DNA of 64,000 nt from contig CAWDOY010000003.1 in assembly GCA_963803975.1 (NCBI GenBank), positions 128,001 to 192,000 of the forward strand. The letters run 5' to 3'. Each line of letters opens with the position of its first letter. Positions within the stretch are counted from its first letter, which is position 1. Position numbers and translations under genes: made by a program. This stretch comes from an uncultured delta proteobacterium (lineage in GTDB: Bacteria; Desulfobacterota; WTBG01; CAIYCZ01). The notes under the pieces were generated by a model. It was not told the origin of the DNA. It saw only the letters and a program-made list of their open reading frames with translations, and made no database searches. Positions 33,102-42,449 of the stretch are shown in pieces.

Positions 33102-33602
33102 ATGAAGACAGGAAAGAAAATAATGAAAAATAAAAATGAAAACATTAATTTAAAGGAAATTGAGGAGTTCGGAGATCATCTGCGCAATTGGAGAAATTTT
33201 TTCACTGAGTTTTTTAATAACGTAATAAAAGACAGCGGCAAAATATCAGGCTTTGATTTCAGTATGTCACAGTTTAAGACCATGGGGGCCTTTCGGGAAG
33301 ATACGGTCTATACCATGGGCGAGTTAAGTAAAAATGCTTCTGTTACCATGCCGACCATGACTGAAATGATTGATAATCTGGAGCGGGAAGGAATTGCCGA
33401 GCGGATAAGGGATTCTCAGGATCGGAGGGTAGTAAAGGTACGTTTAACTGCAAAAGGAAAAAAGCTGCGCAAGAAATTCATGGATAAACGAAGGAATGAA
33501 CTTAAAAACATACTCAGCAATCTGAGTAAAGAAGACCGGGGTGAGCTTATGAATGCGCTTGCCAAAGCGTACAGCGTACTGAAGAAAAACAGCACGGTAT
33601 AA
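33102..33602 (+). CDS. MarR family transcriptional regulator
   Basis: TMGELS...TMTEMIDNLEREG..ER.RD..DRRVVKVRLT.KG winged-helix signature. Confidence 0.92.
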   Translation: MKTGKKIMKNKNENINLKEIEEFGDHLRNWRNFFTEFFNNVIKDSGKISGFDFSMSQFKTMGAFREDTVYTMGELSKNASVTMPTMTEMIDNLEREGIAERIRDSQDRRVVKVRLTAKGKKLRKKFMDKRRNELKNILSNLSKEDRGELMNALAKAYSVLKKNSTV

Positions 33603-33637
33603 TACGGCCTGTAGAATAAACAGATAAGGAGAGGATT

Positions 33638-34883
33638 ATGCTTAAAAGCTATGAGCACTGCTGTTCTTCAATGCAGGCTTTGGCAACACTGGGGAAGGTG
33701 GAGGGAATCATTCCTTTGCTGCATGGACCGCAGCCATGCGCCTATCAGATTCAGATAGGAACCATGACCTGCCGTCCATCACGCCTTCTTACCGCTGGTA
33801 CTTTGATTAAGAAATCAGAGGTGGTCTTCGGCGGCGAAGAAAATTTAAAAAATCAAATAATCAATATGTACCGCCAGTATAAGCCAAAAATAATCGTAAT
33901 CATCAATACGTGTCTTCCCCAGCTCATCGGCGAGGATATAAAAGGGGTAATCAGTGAAATAGAACTGGAACTGCCTGATTTAAAAGTGACCTATATTGAC
34001 AGTGGATTCAATTTCCCTAAATGTATGCCTCTGGGAAACGATGTGGCGTGGGTATCGATCGTGAGACTGCTTGAAATAAAAGAGAAGGTAAAGGGATCAA
34101 TTGGTCTGGTTGGAAGGTCAGGGCAGGATGCCGGAGCTTTTACATCATTTGACACGTTTTTAAAGCGGGCAGGGATTACGGTATTCCCGTTTCCCGCTCC
34201 GCATCTGAATGAAATGGAAAAAATTGCATGTGCAGAAATTATATTCCCAGTCCATGTAGTACCGTTCCTGACCTGCAAAGAGATGAGCGAACGCTTCGGG
34301 TCAAGGGTAGAATATATTGAAATTCCTGCAGGTGTGCAGGGCACTACAAATTTCCTGCGGGGGGTTGCTGATATCCTGAAAAACCAGAAGCTGCATGATC
34401 TGGTGGATACAGCAGGAGCAGGAAATGCGGCCCCGCATAGAAGCTATAAAAGAGCGCTTTGCCAAAAACCCGATTAAAGTGATGTTTGCATTCGGGCCGG
34501 CAAGTGAGTTCGGGCTGAGCAAGATTATGGCTGACTTCGGAGCTGAGGTCATAATGATTCCTTCAATGAAAAATAAGTTCGCACAGCAGGAGAAAGAGCT
34601 GCAGAAGAAGCGATACAACGTGACTATTATTGAGGAAGATTTTGATACCCTGGAGGATCTCTATGATCAGTACCGGCCGGATGCAGTGTTTTGTGAAACG
34701 CAGGGCCGGGTAGAACTTACCTCGCGGCTTATTCCAACATTTTGCAACATGACTTATTTAACTGCTTACGGATATGACTTTGCTCTGGATATGGGGGAAA
34801 AGTTCCATGAGAGTATGAAGCTCGATGTATTATCATCCTGGAGAGATGTGGTTCAGAGATACGGAGGCGATCTCAATGCGTAG
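33638..34883 (+). CDS. BchN/BchY-like nitrogenase-fold subunit, pair 2 (frameshift near 34408)
   Basis: Paralog of 28895: YEHCCSS, LHGPQPC and INTCLPQLIGED; AAGGAGAGG ribosome-binding site. Confidence 0.85.
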
Positions 34884-36639
34884 TACTGAAGGCAAGGCAA
34901 TGAAGCAGCTGGAACTGGCAGGCGCCCGCGAGCTGAAGATGAAGGAGATTCATAAGCCTTCAGCGTTTGAGGGGGCTTTGTGGACGGCTCTCGGTATAAA
35001 AGATGCGCGGGTTATTTACCACGCACCTCCCGGCTGCTACATCAGTCAGCATATGGATGCGCTGATGCATGAGTATCCGTTTGAATTATATACGACGTCA
35101 CTTTCATATGCCAATGTTATGCAGGGTGCAGAGAACCAGCTCGAAGCAGTGTTGAGAAAAACCCTGGCACGAAAACCAAAACCGAAACTGGTAATCATTG
35201 TTACTTCTCCCAGTGTTGAAATAACCGGCGATGATGTGGAGGGGGTTGTAGAAAAAGTCGGAGATAAAAACTGTGTCGTAATAAGGCCCCCGATTGGCGG
35301 AAGCCTGCACGAGGGAAGGGAAAAGGCGTTAATAAGTCTGATAGACATAATGGTTCCAGCTGTTGAAAAGATTGCTAAAACAGTTAATTTTATTGGTCCG
35401 ACTTTTGATACCTTTAACTGGAGAGCTGACGCATTTGAGCTAAAAAGAATGCTTTCACGTATCGGCATCAAGGTTAATGCGGTACTGACCGGTGGATCAC
35501 GAGTGAATGAAATTATTAACGCACCACGTGCTTTATTAAACCTCTGCTTGTATCCCTATGACTGCGGTATTGAGACGGCGCAGATCATGGAGAAGAAATT
35601 CGGCATTCCGTATCTTGCCGGCCATGTACCAATTGGTTTTAAAGAATCTGCTGTCTGGCTTGAAGAAATTGCTGGCTTTTTCAAGGTGGACGCACGGGAA
35701 TATCTTAAAGAAGAGACCGAAATGATATTTGAACTAATCCAGTCCTTTATGGTGCTGCCTATTACGTTTGAATGCTCTGCTGCTCTGTCGCTGGATAATA
35801 ACGATACCTATGCAGTGGGCATAAGTCAATTTCTGAAAAAGGAATTGGGAATGGAGCTCTCCATGGTGGCTGTAGGCAGTGATGCTGCAGGGGAAAAAGT
35901 AAAAGAAGTCTGCAGTAATGTTCTGGTAGAACCTACCATTGATGAAAAGAAGGAGCAGTTTATCGAAAAGGGCCCGATGATGATTATGGGCAACTTTTAT
36001 GATTTAAAGATAGCCAAAGAACTTGGTTTTAATAACTTCCTCTTCGCTGATATTCCAACGCTGGGATACATTGCCACAGAGGCAAGCCCCTACATGGGTT
36101 TCCAGGGGGCAAGGAATTTGATTCAGCAGACGGGCAATCAGATTTATATCAATTTTCTCATTGAGACCAAGGGCGGCATGGAAGAAGCCATCTCTTTGGG
36201 AGAAATTCCCTGGGACCTTGATGCACGGGAAGCGTTTGTAAAAGTCGCAGCCGTAATTCCGCATTTTATTAAAGCTACCGCCATGAGAAAGCTGCAGAAA
36301 AAAGCAGAAGAGCTTGCAGTTAAAAATGGCACGGGAATTACTATGGATATAATTAGAACGGTAACAGAACAGTACACGCCAACCAGGTTTAAATCAAAAT
36401 TTTTATCTGCATTGCAGGGCGGTCAAGACGGAGAGCAACAGGGGGAATTTTCTGCAGAACTAACATTTACCATGGAATGGGATGCACCAGCCAGGGAATT
36501 GATGGAAAAGATTCCGCAGGAAGTTAAAACAATGGCAGTTGCAGGTACTGAGGAATTTGCAAGAGAGAAAGGCTACAAAAAAATAACAGTCGGCGTAGTG
36601 AATGAGTTCAAAGAAGAGGCCGGCATGGGGAAAAATTAA
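34876..36639 (+). CDS. BchB/BchZ-like nitrogenase-fold subunit with two PCP_red-like domains, pair 2 (intact)
   Basis: HAPPGCY and FNWRADAFELKRML; WDLDAREAF...PHFIK and MEWDAPARELMEKIP...TEEFAREKGYKKIT; ATG at 34876 follows GGAGG and overlaps the upstream stop. Confidence 0.87.
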   Translation: MRSTEGKAMKQLELAGARELKMKEIHKPSAFEGALWTALGIKDARVIYHAPPGCYISQHMDALMHEYPFELYTTSLSYANVMQGAENQLEAVLRKTLARKPKPKLVIIVTSPSVEITGDDVEGVVEKVGDKNCVVIRPPIGGSLHEGREKALISLIDIMVPAVEKIAKTVNFIGPTFDTFNWRADAFELKRMLSRIGIKVNAVLTGGSRVNEIINAPRALLNLCLYPYDCGIETAQIMEKKFGIPYLAGHVPIGFKESAVWLEEIAGFFKVDAREYLKEETEMIFELIQSFMVLPITFECSAALSLDNNDTYAVGISQFLKKELGMELSMVAVGSDAAGEKVKEVCSNVLVEPTIDEKKEQFIEKGPMMIMGNFYDLKIAKELGFNNFLFADIPTLGYIATEASPYMGFQGARNLIQQTGNQIYINFLIETKGGMEEAISLGEIPWDLDAREAFVKVAAVIPHFIKATAMRKLQKKAEELAVKNGTGITMDIIRTVTEQYTPTRFKSKFLSALQGGQDGEQQGEFSAELTFTMEWDAPARELMEKIPQEVKTMAVAGTEEFAREKGYKKITVGVVNEFKEEAGMGKN

Positions 36640-36744
36640 ACGAAATGTTCTTAACAGAAAGGAGGCAAACATTTACGCAATAATAGCAGAAAATGAAAGC
36701 CAGAGAAAATTTAAAACTATGAAAAAATATGGAGGAGAATTGTT

Positions 36745-37785
36745 ATGAAAAAAACATTGTCAGTACTGTTTGCTTTTATATTTATGGTTAGTTCCGCCTC
36801 TATACTATTTGCTTCAGAAGCAAAAAAGGCAGCAACTGCAGGCGGCAAAGAAAAGATAGGTATTCTTATGGTTGCCCATGGAGAGCCGGAAACGTTTGAT
36901 GCTCCGGTATGGGAAAAAGGCTTAAAACTGATGTTCAAAGAGTTTAAGGACTCCGGCATGGAAGTACCTACTGATGAAGCATTTCCGACAATCCTTGAAG
37001 AGATTAAGCATAAATATGAGGTTATGGGAGGTAAATCACGCCATGCCGAAATGTCACGATTGCAGTGCAAGCTTGTCTGCACAGAAGATGCCCGGCTATG
37101 ATTTCCGTCTTGGCTTTATGGAGTTTATGGGGCCTGAATTTTCCGAAGTGGCAGAAGGGATGATTAAGGATGGAATTAAAAAGATAGTCTTTCTGCACAT
37201 GCTGCAGACGGATTCCACACACACCGGAGAAATAAACAACAAGATAAAAGAGATGAAGCTTGAGGAGCGGGGGATAAAATACGCAATCAGCAAGCCACTC
37301 TTCTACAGACCTGAACCTACGCAGCTCGTTATCGATAAAATTTTGAAAGCTACCGGGAATACGCCGTATGAGCAGGTCGGGGTTGTGCTTGCATCACACG
37401 GAGAACCTGAGGCCTGGGTTAAAGCGAATCTGTTAAATACAAAATGCAAAGAGCAGGAGATTGCATTCTGTAACTGCGTAAAAAAGGGCTTAATTGAGAG
37501 AGGCTTTGTTTGGGAAAATATTACCCAGGGATTTAATGAATTCCAAAAACCGGAAATGCCCGAGGCGGTAGAGCTTATGGCTGAACGGAAAGCAAAGAAA
37601 GTGGTTGTCATCCCCAGCTTTGGCACTACTGAAGGAATGCATATCACCTACGATATACCGACCAAAGCACGGACAGCTTGGTAGATCCTTCAATAGAACT
37701 GGTTTATACCGGAGGATGGAACGATAACCCGCTTCTTATAAAAGCATGGGTTGAGCTTGCAAAAGAGGCTTTGAAAAGGTTGTAG
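36745..37785 (+). CDS. Exported class II chelatase-fold protein (CbiX/CbiK/HemH-like; two frameshifts)
   Basis: Sec signal peptide; GILMVAHGEPE, GFMEF..P, DSTHT, VVLASHGEPE, GFNEF..P and HITYDIP; the third frame ends GGWNDNPLLIKAW..L*. Confidence 0.72.
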
Positions 37786-37814
37786 TGACTAACTATTTTA
37801 AAAGGATACTAAGC

Positions 37815-37985
37815 ATGGCAAAAATAGATACAACTAAGTGTGTAGGATGCGGCGGGTGCATTGACCTCTGTCCAGTGATTGCGATTGCTATGATACAGGA
37901 TGTGGTGACTGTAGATCAGGATATCTGTACAAAATGCGGCATCTGCATAAAAGTCTGTCCCGTGCGTGCACCTTACGAAGATTAG
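37815..37985 (+). CDS. 2[4Fe-4S] ferredoxin
   Basis: CVGCGGCIDLCP and CTKCGICIKVCP. Confidence 0.92.
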   Translation: MAKIDTTKCVGCGGCIDLCPVIAIAMIQDVVTVDQDICTKCGICIKVCPVRAPYED

Positions 37986-38022
37986 CACGAATAATTAGAC
38001 ATTTTATAAAAGAGGATGCTAT

Positions 38023-39354
38023 ATGGCAAAAAAATATGATCTCGTGATAGTGGGCGCGGGCCCTGCAGGATTAATGGCTGGAAGAATCGCTGCTGAGAAC
38101 GGCTTGAAGGTTGTCATTTTAGAGAGGAAAACAGATATCTGCAAGGTGAGAAGATTTGACGGCGGCGTGTTTGCTATCAATGAATACACCTTTGGCCAGC
38201 TCGCTTTGTATAACGAACGGGATAAGAGGGTCACTTTTCCTGTTGGCGGATTTTCCACTCGCTATGACGGCCCGTACACCAATGTTTTTGGCTTCCACCT
38301 TTATTCGCCGGGAGGAAAAAGGCTGCGGTTTGGTGACTGGACGAAACTGAAGGACGATCCAATAAAAAACCGGGTAGCCATAGCGCTCAATAAAGAAATA
38401 CTGTTAAAAAGCATGCTTGATGATTGTCTGGCAACGAGTGTTGAGGTGTTACCCAATGTAAATGTCACTGCCGTGAAAACCGGCGATAACCGGGTTACGG
38501 TAACCGGCAACGGCGAGGAGTATGAAGCACCGTTTCTGATAGCGGCAGATGGTTCTAATTCGAGGATTGCACGGCTTGCCGGTTTCAACAAAGAACGGGA
38601 GTTTTTTGCTACCTCGCGTCACATCGGTTATGAGGTTGAGGGAATGGACTATGATGAATTAAACGGGTTTATCATAGCTCTCACCAAACATGGCTTCTAC
38701 AGCATACTCCCTTATTTTGAAAAAGGGGTAAATCACATCGGGCATCTTACCCATGACCCGTCAGTAGACCTGCATGCAACCATGCAATGGTTCATCAAGG
38801 AATCGCCGGTCTTTTCATCCTGGTTTAAAAAGGCCAAGGTGCGCGAAACAGGACTTACCGGATGTGTTGTGAATGTCTATAAGGCACTGGAAGACCCGTT
38901 TAAAGATAATGTGATACTGGTGTCTGATGCTGCCTGGATACAGGAGGTGAGCATTCCCTCGGCAATGTGTTTTGGCTGGAAGGCGGCAAATGCTGTTACG
39001 CTGGCTTTGCATGATGGAAAACCAAACCGTGAAGGAGTGCAAAGCTATCTTGATTGGTATGGCATTAATTTTTACCAGCCGCACGGCAACAGAAAAATGG
39101 TTGCAATTGAAATGCAGAAGTTTCTTGCAACCGAAGACCTTGATTATCTGGCAGAGCTGCCGGGGAAGGTCTTTCGCCAGACCATGGATTTCCACTATCT
39201 GTTCCATATGCTCGGCGAGATATATGGCGGAGACGGGATGATAAAAATATCAGAAGAGCGTCCGGATATCATGGAAAAGCTTATTGATGCGCGGGGAAGT
39301 ATGGCAGAAGCATCTGAGGAAAGACGCAAGATGGGTTTTCCCGGGAAAAAATAA
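38023..39354 (+). CDS. FAD-dependent oxidoreductase, geranylgeranyl reductase/FixC-like
   Basis: YDLVIVGAGPAG, ILERK, IAADGSNSRIAR and NVILVSDAA; directly follows the ferredoxin. Confidence 0.8.
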   Translation: MAKKYDLVIVGAGPAGLMAGRIAAENGLKVVILERKTDICKVRRFDGGVFAINEYTFGQLALYNERDKRVTFPVGGFSTRYDGPYTNVFGFHLYSPGGKRLRFGDWTKLKDDPIKNRVAIALNKEILLKSMLDDCLATSVEVLPNVNVTAVKTGDNRVTVTGNGEEYEAPFLIAADGSNSRIARLAGFNKEREFFATSRHIGYEVEGMDYDELNGFIIALTKHGFYSILPYFEKGVNHIGHLTHDPSVDLHATMQWFIKESPVFSSWFKKAKVRETGLTGCVVNVYKALEDPFKDNVILVSDAAWIQEVSIPSAMCFGWKAANAVTLALHDGKPNREGVQSYLDWYGINFYQPHGNRKMVAIEMQKFLATEDLDYLAELPGKVFRQTMDFHYLFHMLGEIYGGDGMIKISEERPDIMEKLIDARGSMAEASEERRKMGFPGKK

Positions 39355-39372
39355 TAAACAAAGGAGAAGAAC

Positions 39373-40188
39373 ATGAATAAAATCAGATTACCAATAATAC
39401 CAGTTATAGTTGCAGCACTGATGTGCATGTGGGCATACGGCACCGTAGCCTACGCAGCCGCAGATATAAAAGCTTTGAAAACTAAAATAGACGATACCTG
39501 GGACAGTGGTGATTTTAAAGCATTTGAAAATCTGGAAAAGGAATTAACTTCACAGGTTAGCGATAAGGATGCTGATGGCTGTCTGGTGCTGGCTAAATTT
39601 TACTATTGGTATTCGATGCTCTATGCGGAAAAAGCAAATACTGATAAAAAGCACTGGCTTGATGAGGAAAAGTATGCCGGCGATAAGGCACTGTGGGCTA
39701 AAGGCGGGGAGATGATTGATAAGGCCCTTGACTTAATTAAAAAGGCTGATGAAATGAGTCCGGGAAATCCCCAAATACTTCCTTATTATGCTGTAATCAA
39801 ATATCGCAAGATACGCCATTGCGGCAACATGATATGTGCCATGCTGCATATGAAGAGCCTTTTGGATGTAACCCGGCTTACCATTGAGAAAGGCAAAAAT
39901 GACGCAAGCGCCAATCTGGCTTATGGTATCTACAAGCTCGGCAGATCACAGAAAATGGGAGGCAATCCCCGTGAAGCCATCAGCTATCTGCAGGTGGTTA
40001 TAAAACTTGATCCCAACAGGGCCGAAGGATATTTCTGGTACGGTAAATTTTTCATGAGCCCGAATATAAAATTTCAACCTAAGCTTGCCCGTCCGAATTT
40101 TGAAAAGGCGGTTGCTCTTAATCCAAAAAACTGGCTGTATAAGGAAACGCTTGAACAATTTAACAAAGACTATCCTCCTGAAAAATAA
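39373..40188 (+). CDS. Exported TPR-like helical repeat protein
   Basis: Signal peptide ending AYA-A; EAISYLQVVIKLDPNRAEGYFWYG and FEKAVALNPKN. Confidence 0.7.
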   Translation: MNKIRLPIIPVIVAALMCMWAYGTVAYAAADIKALKTKIDDTWDSGDFKAFENLEKELTSQVSDKDADGCLVLAKFYYWYSMLYAEKANTDKKHWLDEEKYAGDKALWAKGGEMIDKALDLIKKADEMSPGNPQILPYYAVIKYRKIRHCGNMICAMLHMKSLLDVTRLTIEKGKNDASANLAYGIYKLGRSQKMGGNPREAISYLQVVIKLDPNRAEGYFWYGKFFMSPNIKFQPKLARPNFEKAVALNPKNWLYKETLEQFNKDYPPEK

Positions 40189-40208
40189 AACAACAATAAT
40201 TCTGCTAT

Positions 40209-40244
40209 GGTTCGGGACCATCTTTAGTTTAGGCGGTTCCGAAC
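40209..40244. other. Intra-operon hairpin
   Basis: ggttcgggacc...ggttccgaacc. Confidence 0.4.
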
Positions 40245-40277
40245 CTTAATAAATTTAAATACACCAAGAGGTATAGC

Positions 40278-41717
40278 ATGAAAATTCTTAAAATAGTCCT
40301 ACTATGTATAGTTGTTCTTGTTATCGCAGGGTATGGATTATACAAGTATAAAAACCTACCACAAAAACCCGATTATTATGAGTTCTATAAGAATCAGGAT
40401 ACCGTGCCTGAAGGGAAGATAGGGGTTCTGGTGGCCGGCTTGATCATGCCGGAAAAGATCAGCCCGGTGTTTTTCAATAATGTAGCGAAAAAAATCTTTA
40501 AGACGATCGTTCCCTGGCCGGCCCGCAATTTTGTTACAGCAGATAAAGGGGTCGCTCTGCTTGATCCGGTTACGTTCCACTCTCATGAATCTTTTACGCC
40601 GACCAGTCTTATTGACCCTGATGGTAGCGACCGTGACATAGACGGAATGCCCTATATCGAGAAGTATAAGCAGGGACTGGTGAAATGGGTTCCCCCATCA
40701 TCCATGCTCTATCTTGATCACGGCTATTTTCTCTACACCGGACGCAAGGGTGGCCAGCCAACTATTTGCGGGAAAATAATAAATAAATCCCGCATCTGGT
40801 ATCACAATAAAGGCAGCCTCCAGCATGATCTTCCCCACTGGAAGCAGACCTTTAAGGTAATTGATGGTGCACATGAAAAGCTGAAGGAAAAATATGGAAA
40901 TATTGAGTTCCGGGCTGAATGTAATATGTTTTATTATGAGCTGCGCGAAAAGCTCTATGAACTGCTCGATGCAGGATGCACTACGCTCGTGCTCAGCTCG
41001 CCTCTTCCCATGTACTCGCACTTTGAAGAATTTAACTCAGGTTTTCGCCACTGCTTTGAGTTTATTGAGGAGTGGGAAAAAGAACACCCCGGTAAGAAAA
41101 TTAAGGTCATCATGGCGCCGCCCATGGGGCTCTATCAGCCCTATCGAAAGGCGTTTTTAGAAATGCTGAAAGACCGATTGGATACTTTGCCTAAAGATGC
41201 CAGCATTACGGTAGTGGTAAGTGTTCACGGCATGCCCTGGGATCTTTTCACATGGGAAGCATGGATACAGCTTGCTCCACCCTGGCGCGACAAGCTGTTT
41301 GAAGAAATCAAGGAGATGGTGGATTCATATAAATTTAAAAAGACTAATGTGGTAGCAGCACAGGATGAGTTTGCAGACCCGATCTGGGACCCAAAACAAA
41401 AATATCTTTCAACCAACCGCGCCTACTGGAATGCAATCAAGGAAGGATATGATTATGCGATTAATATCCCGATAGAATTTTATGGCGAAAACTCAGATAC
41501 GATGTTTCACCATGCACTGAAAAACTATCACGGGTTTGATCAGTATGATTTGTATAAGCCGATTGATTATCCTGACTGGTCGGTTCCTTTAACCAGAGAA
41601 TTTGTACAAGGAAAAACCCGCATAATATATAATGGAGTGCCGGTAGGCAAATATCAAAAGTACGTAATTGAAGCATTTTACCAATCAATTGACTCCATTT
41701 TATCTAAGAAAAAATAA
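40278..41717 (+). CDS. Membrane-anchored, divergent ferrochelatase (HemH)-fold protein
   Basis: N-terminal transmembrane anchor; KIGVL, LSSPLPMYSHFEEF (compare LPLYPQYS), VVVSVHGMP (compare FSAHGLP) and PIEFYGENSDT (compare P..F..D..ET). Confidence 0.55.
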   Translation: MKILKIVLLCIVVLVIAGYGLYKYKNLPQKPDYYEFYKNQDTVPEGKIGVLVAGLIMPEKISPVFFNNVAKKIFKTIVPWPARNFVTADKGVALLDPVTFHSHESFTPTSLIDPDGSDRDIDGMPYIEKYKQGLVKWVPPSSMLYLDHGYFLYTGRKGGQPTICGKIINKSRIWYHNKGSLQHDLPHWKQTFKVIDGAHEKLKEKYGNIEFRAECNMFYYELREKLYELLDAGCTTLVLSSPLPMYSHFEEFNSGFRHCFEFIEEWEKEHPGKKIKVIMAPPMGLYQPYRKAFLEMLKDRLDTLPKDASITVVVSVHGMPWDLFTWEAWIQLAPPWRDKLFEEIKEMVDSYKFKKTNVVAAQDEFADPIWDPKQKYLSTNRAYWNAIKEGYDYAINIPIEFYGENSDTMFHHALKNYHGFDQYDLYKPIDYPDWSVPLTREFVQGKTRIIYNGVPVGKYQKYVIEAFYQSIDSILSKKK

Positions 41718-41740
41718 TTTGTTATTTGCCTGACTCGCAA

Positions 41741-41782
41741 GCAGGTTCAGACCTTGCCGCATAAGGATGGGTCTGAACCTGC
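41741..41782. other. Intra-operon hairpin
   Basis: gcaggttcagacc...ggtctgaacctgc, 13-bp stem. Confidence 0.45.
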
Positions 41783-41852
41783 TTGGAAAATTCAATCTGC
41801 AACACATAATATATCAACCAGCACTAAATGGGTCTTAACGGTGGAGAAATTA

Positions 41853-42440
41853 ATGGACATTTTAGCAATCTGTGGAAGTCCCAGAAAACATAAAACTACT
41901 CACAGCGTGCTGGAGGCGGTACTGTCTGGAGCAGGCAGGCCATATGAAATACTGTGGCCTGCTTTTATGAAGATTGGCCACTGCATAAGCTGTCAAAAGT
42001 GTAAGTACAAAACACCTGGCGAATGCTGGCAGGACGATGACATGAAAGTGGCCATCGAAAAAATGTTTGCAGCCAGAGCGCTTATAATAGCATCTCCCAC
42101 TTATTTTGGTAATGTACCAGGCCCCTTAAAGAACTTTATCGATAGAACCATCCCTACCTGCTATACCGGCAAGGGAGACACTTGGATGGGAGCAGAGAAC
42201 CACGGGAAACGGCCTTTTAAGGGGCAACTCGGCATGATTGTTGTCGTGTCGGGTGGTGCTGACCAGGAGAAAACAGCAGCTAATCTGCGCCTGGTATTTG
42301 ATTATTATGAATATGCTGTGATTGGAGAATTTGCCGAGAGCATGGGTGGGATTATTGTCAGCAAACAAGAATACCCGGATATCTATACCAGGCTTTTTGC
42401 TCTTGGCAAAATACTTGATGAAGCCCTGAAAACAAGGTAA
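41853..42440 (+). CDS. Iron-sulfur flavoprotein (Isf) / flavodoxin-fold FMN reductase
   Basis: GSPRK, CISCQKC-X7-C, DDM, ASPTYFGNV and LKNFIDR. Confidence 0.85.
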   Translation: MDILAICGSPRKHKTTHSVLEAVLSGAGRPYEILWPAFMKIGHCISCQKCKYKTPGECWQDDDMKVAIEKMFAARALIIASPTYFGNVPGPLKNFIDRTIPTCYTGKGDTWMGAENHGKRPFKGQLGMIVVVSGGADQEKTAANLRLVFDYYEYAVIGEFAESMGGIIVSKQEYPDIYTRLFALGKILDEALKTR

Positions 42441-42449
42441 TATACGAAC

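Noticed and set aside
28895..36639. Nitrogen-fixing nifDK/nifEN cluster
   Set aside because: No nifH or nifB in the window, the B subunits lack two P-cluster Cys positions, no FeMo-co ligand motifs were recognised, and PCP_red tails are present
29388..37785. Programmed frameshifting or selenocysteine recoding in the split genes
   Set aside because: Breaks fall at different positions in the paralogs, no slippery heptamers or in-frame TGA at Cys positions were seen, and sequencing error is the simpler explanation
28895..39354. Photosynthesis gene cluster (bchNB, bchYZ, bchP)
   Set aside because: No bchL/X, Mg-chelatase or reaction-centre genes, and the motifs are too divergent from true Bch proteins; gene symbols withheld
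39810..39855. c-type cytochrome heme-binding motif
   Set aside because: The spacing is C-X4-C-X3-H, not CxxCH
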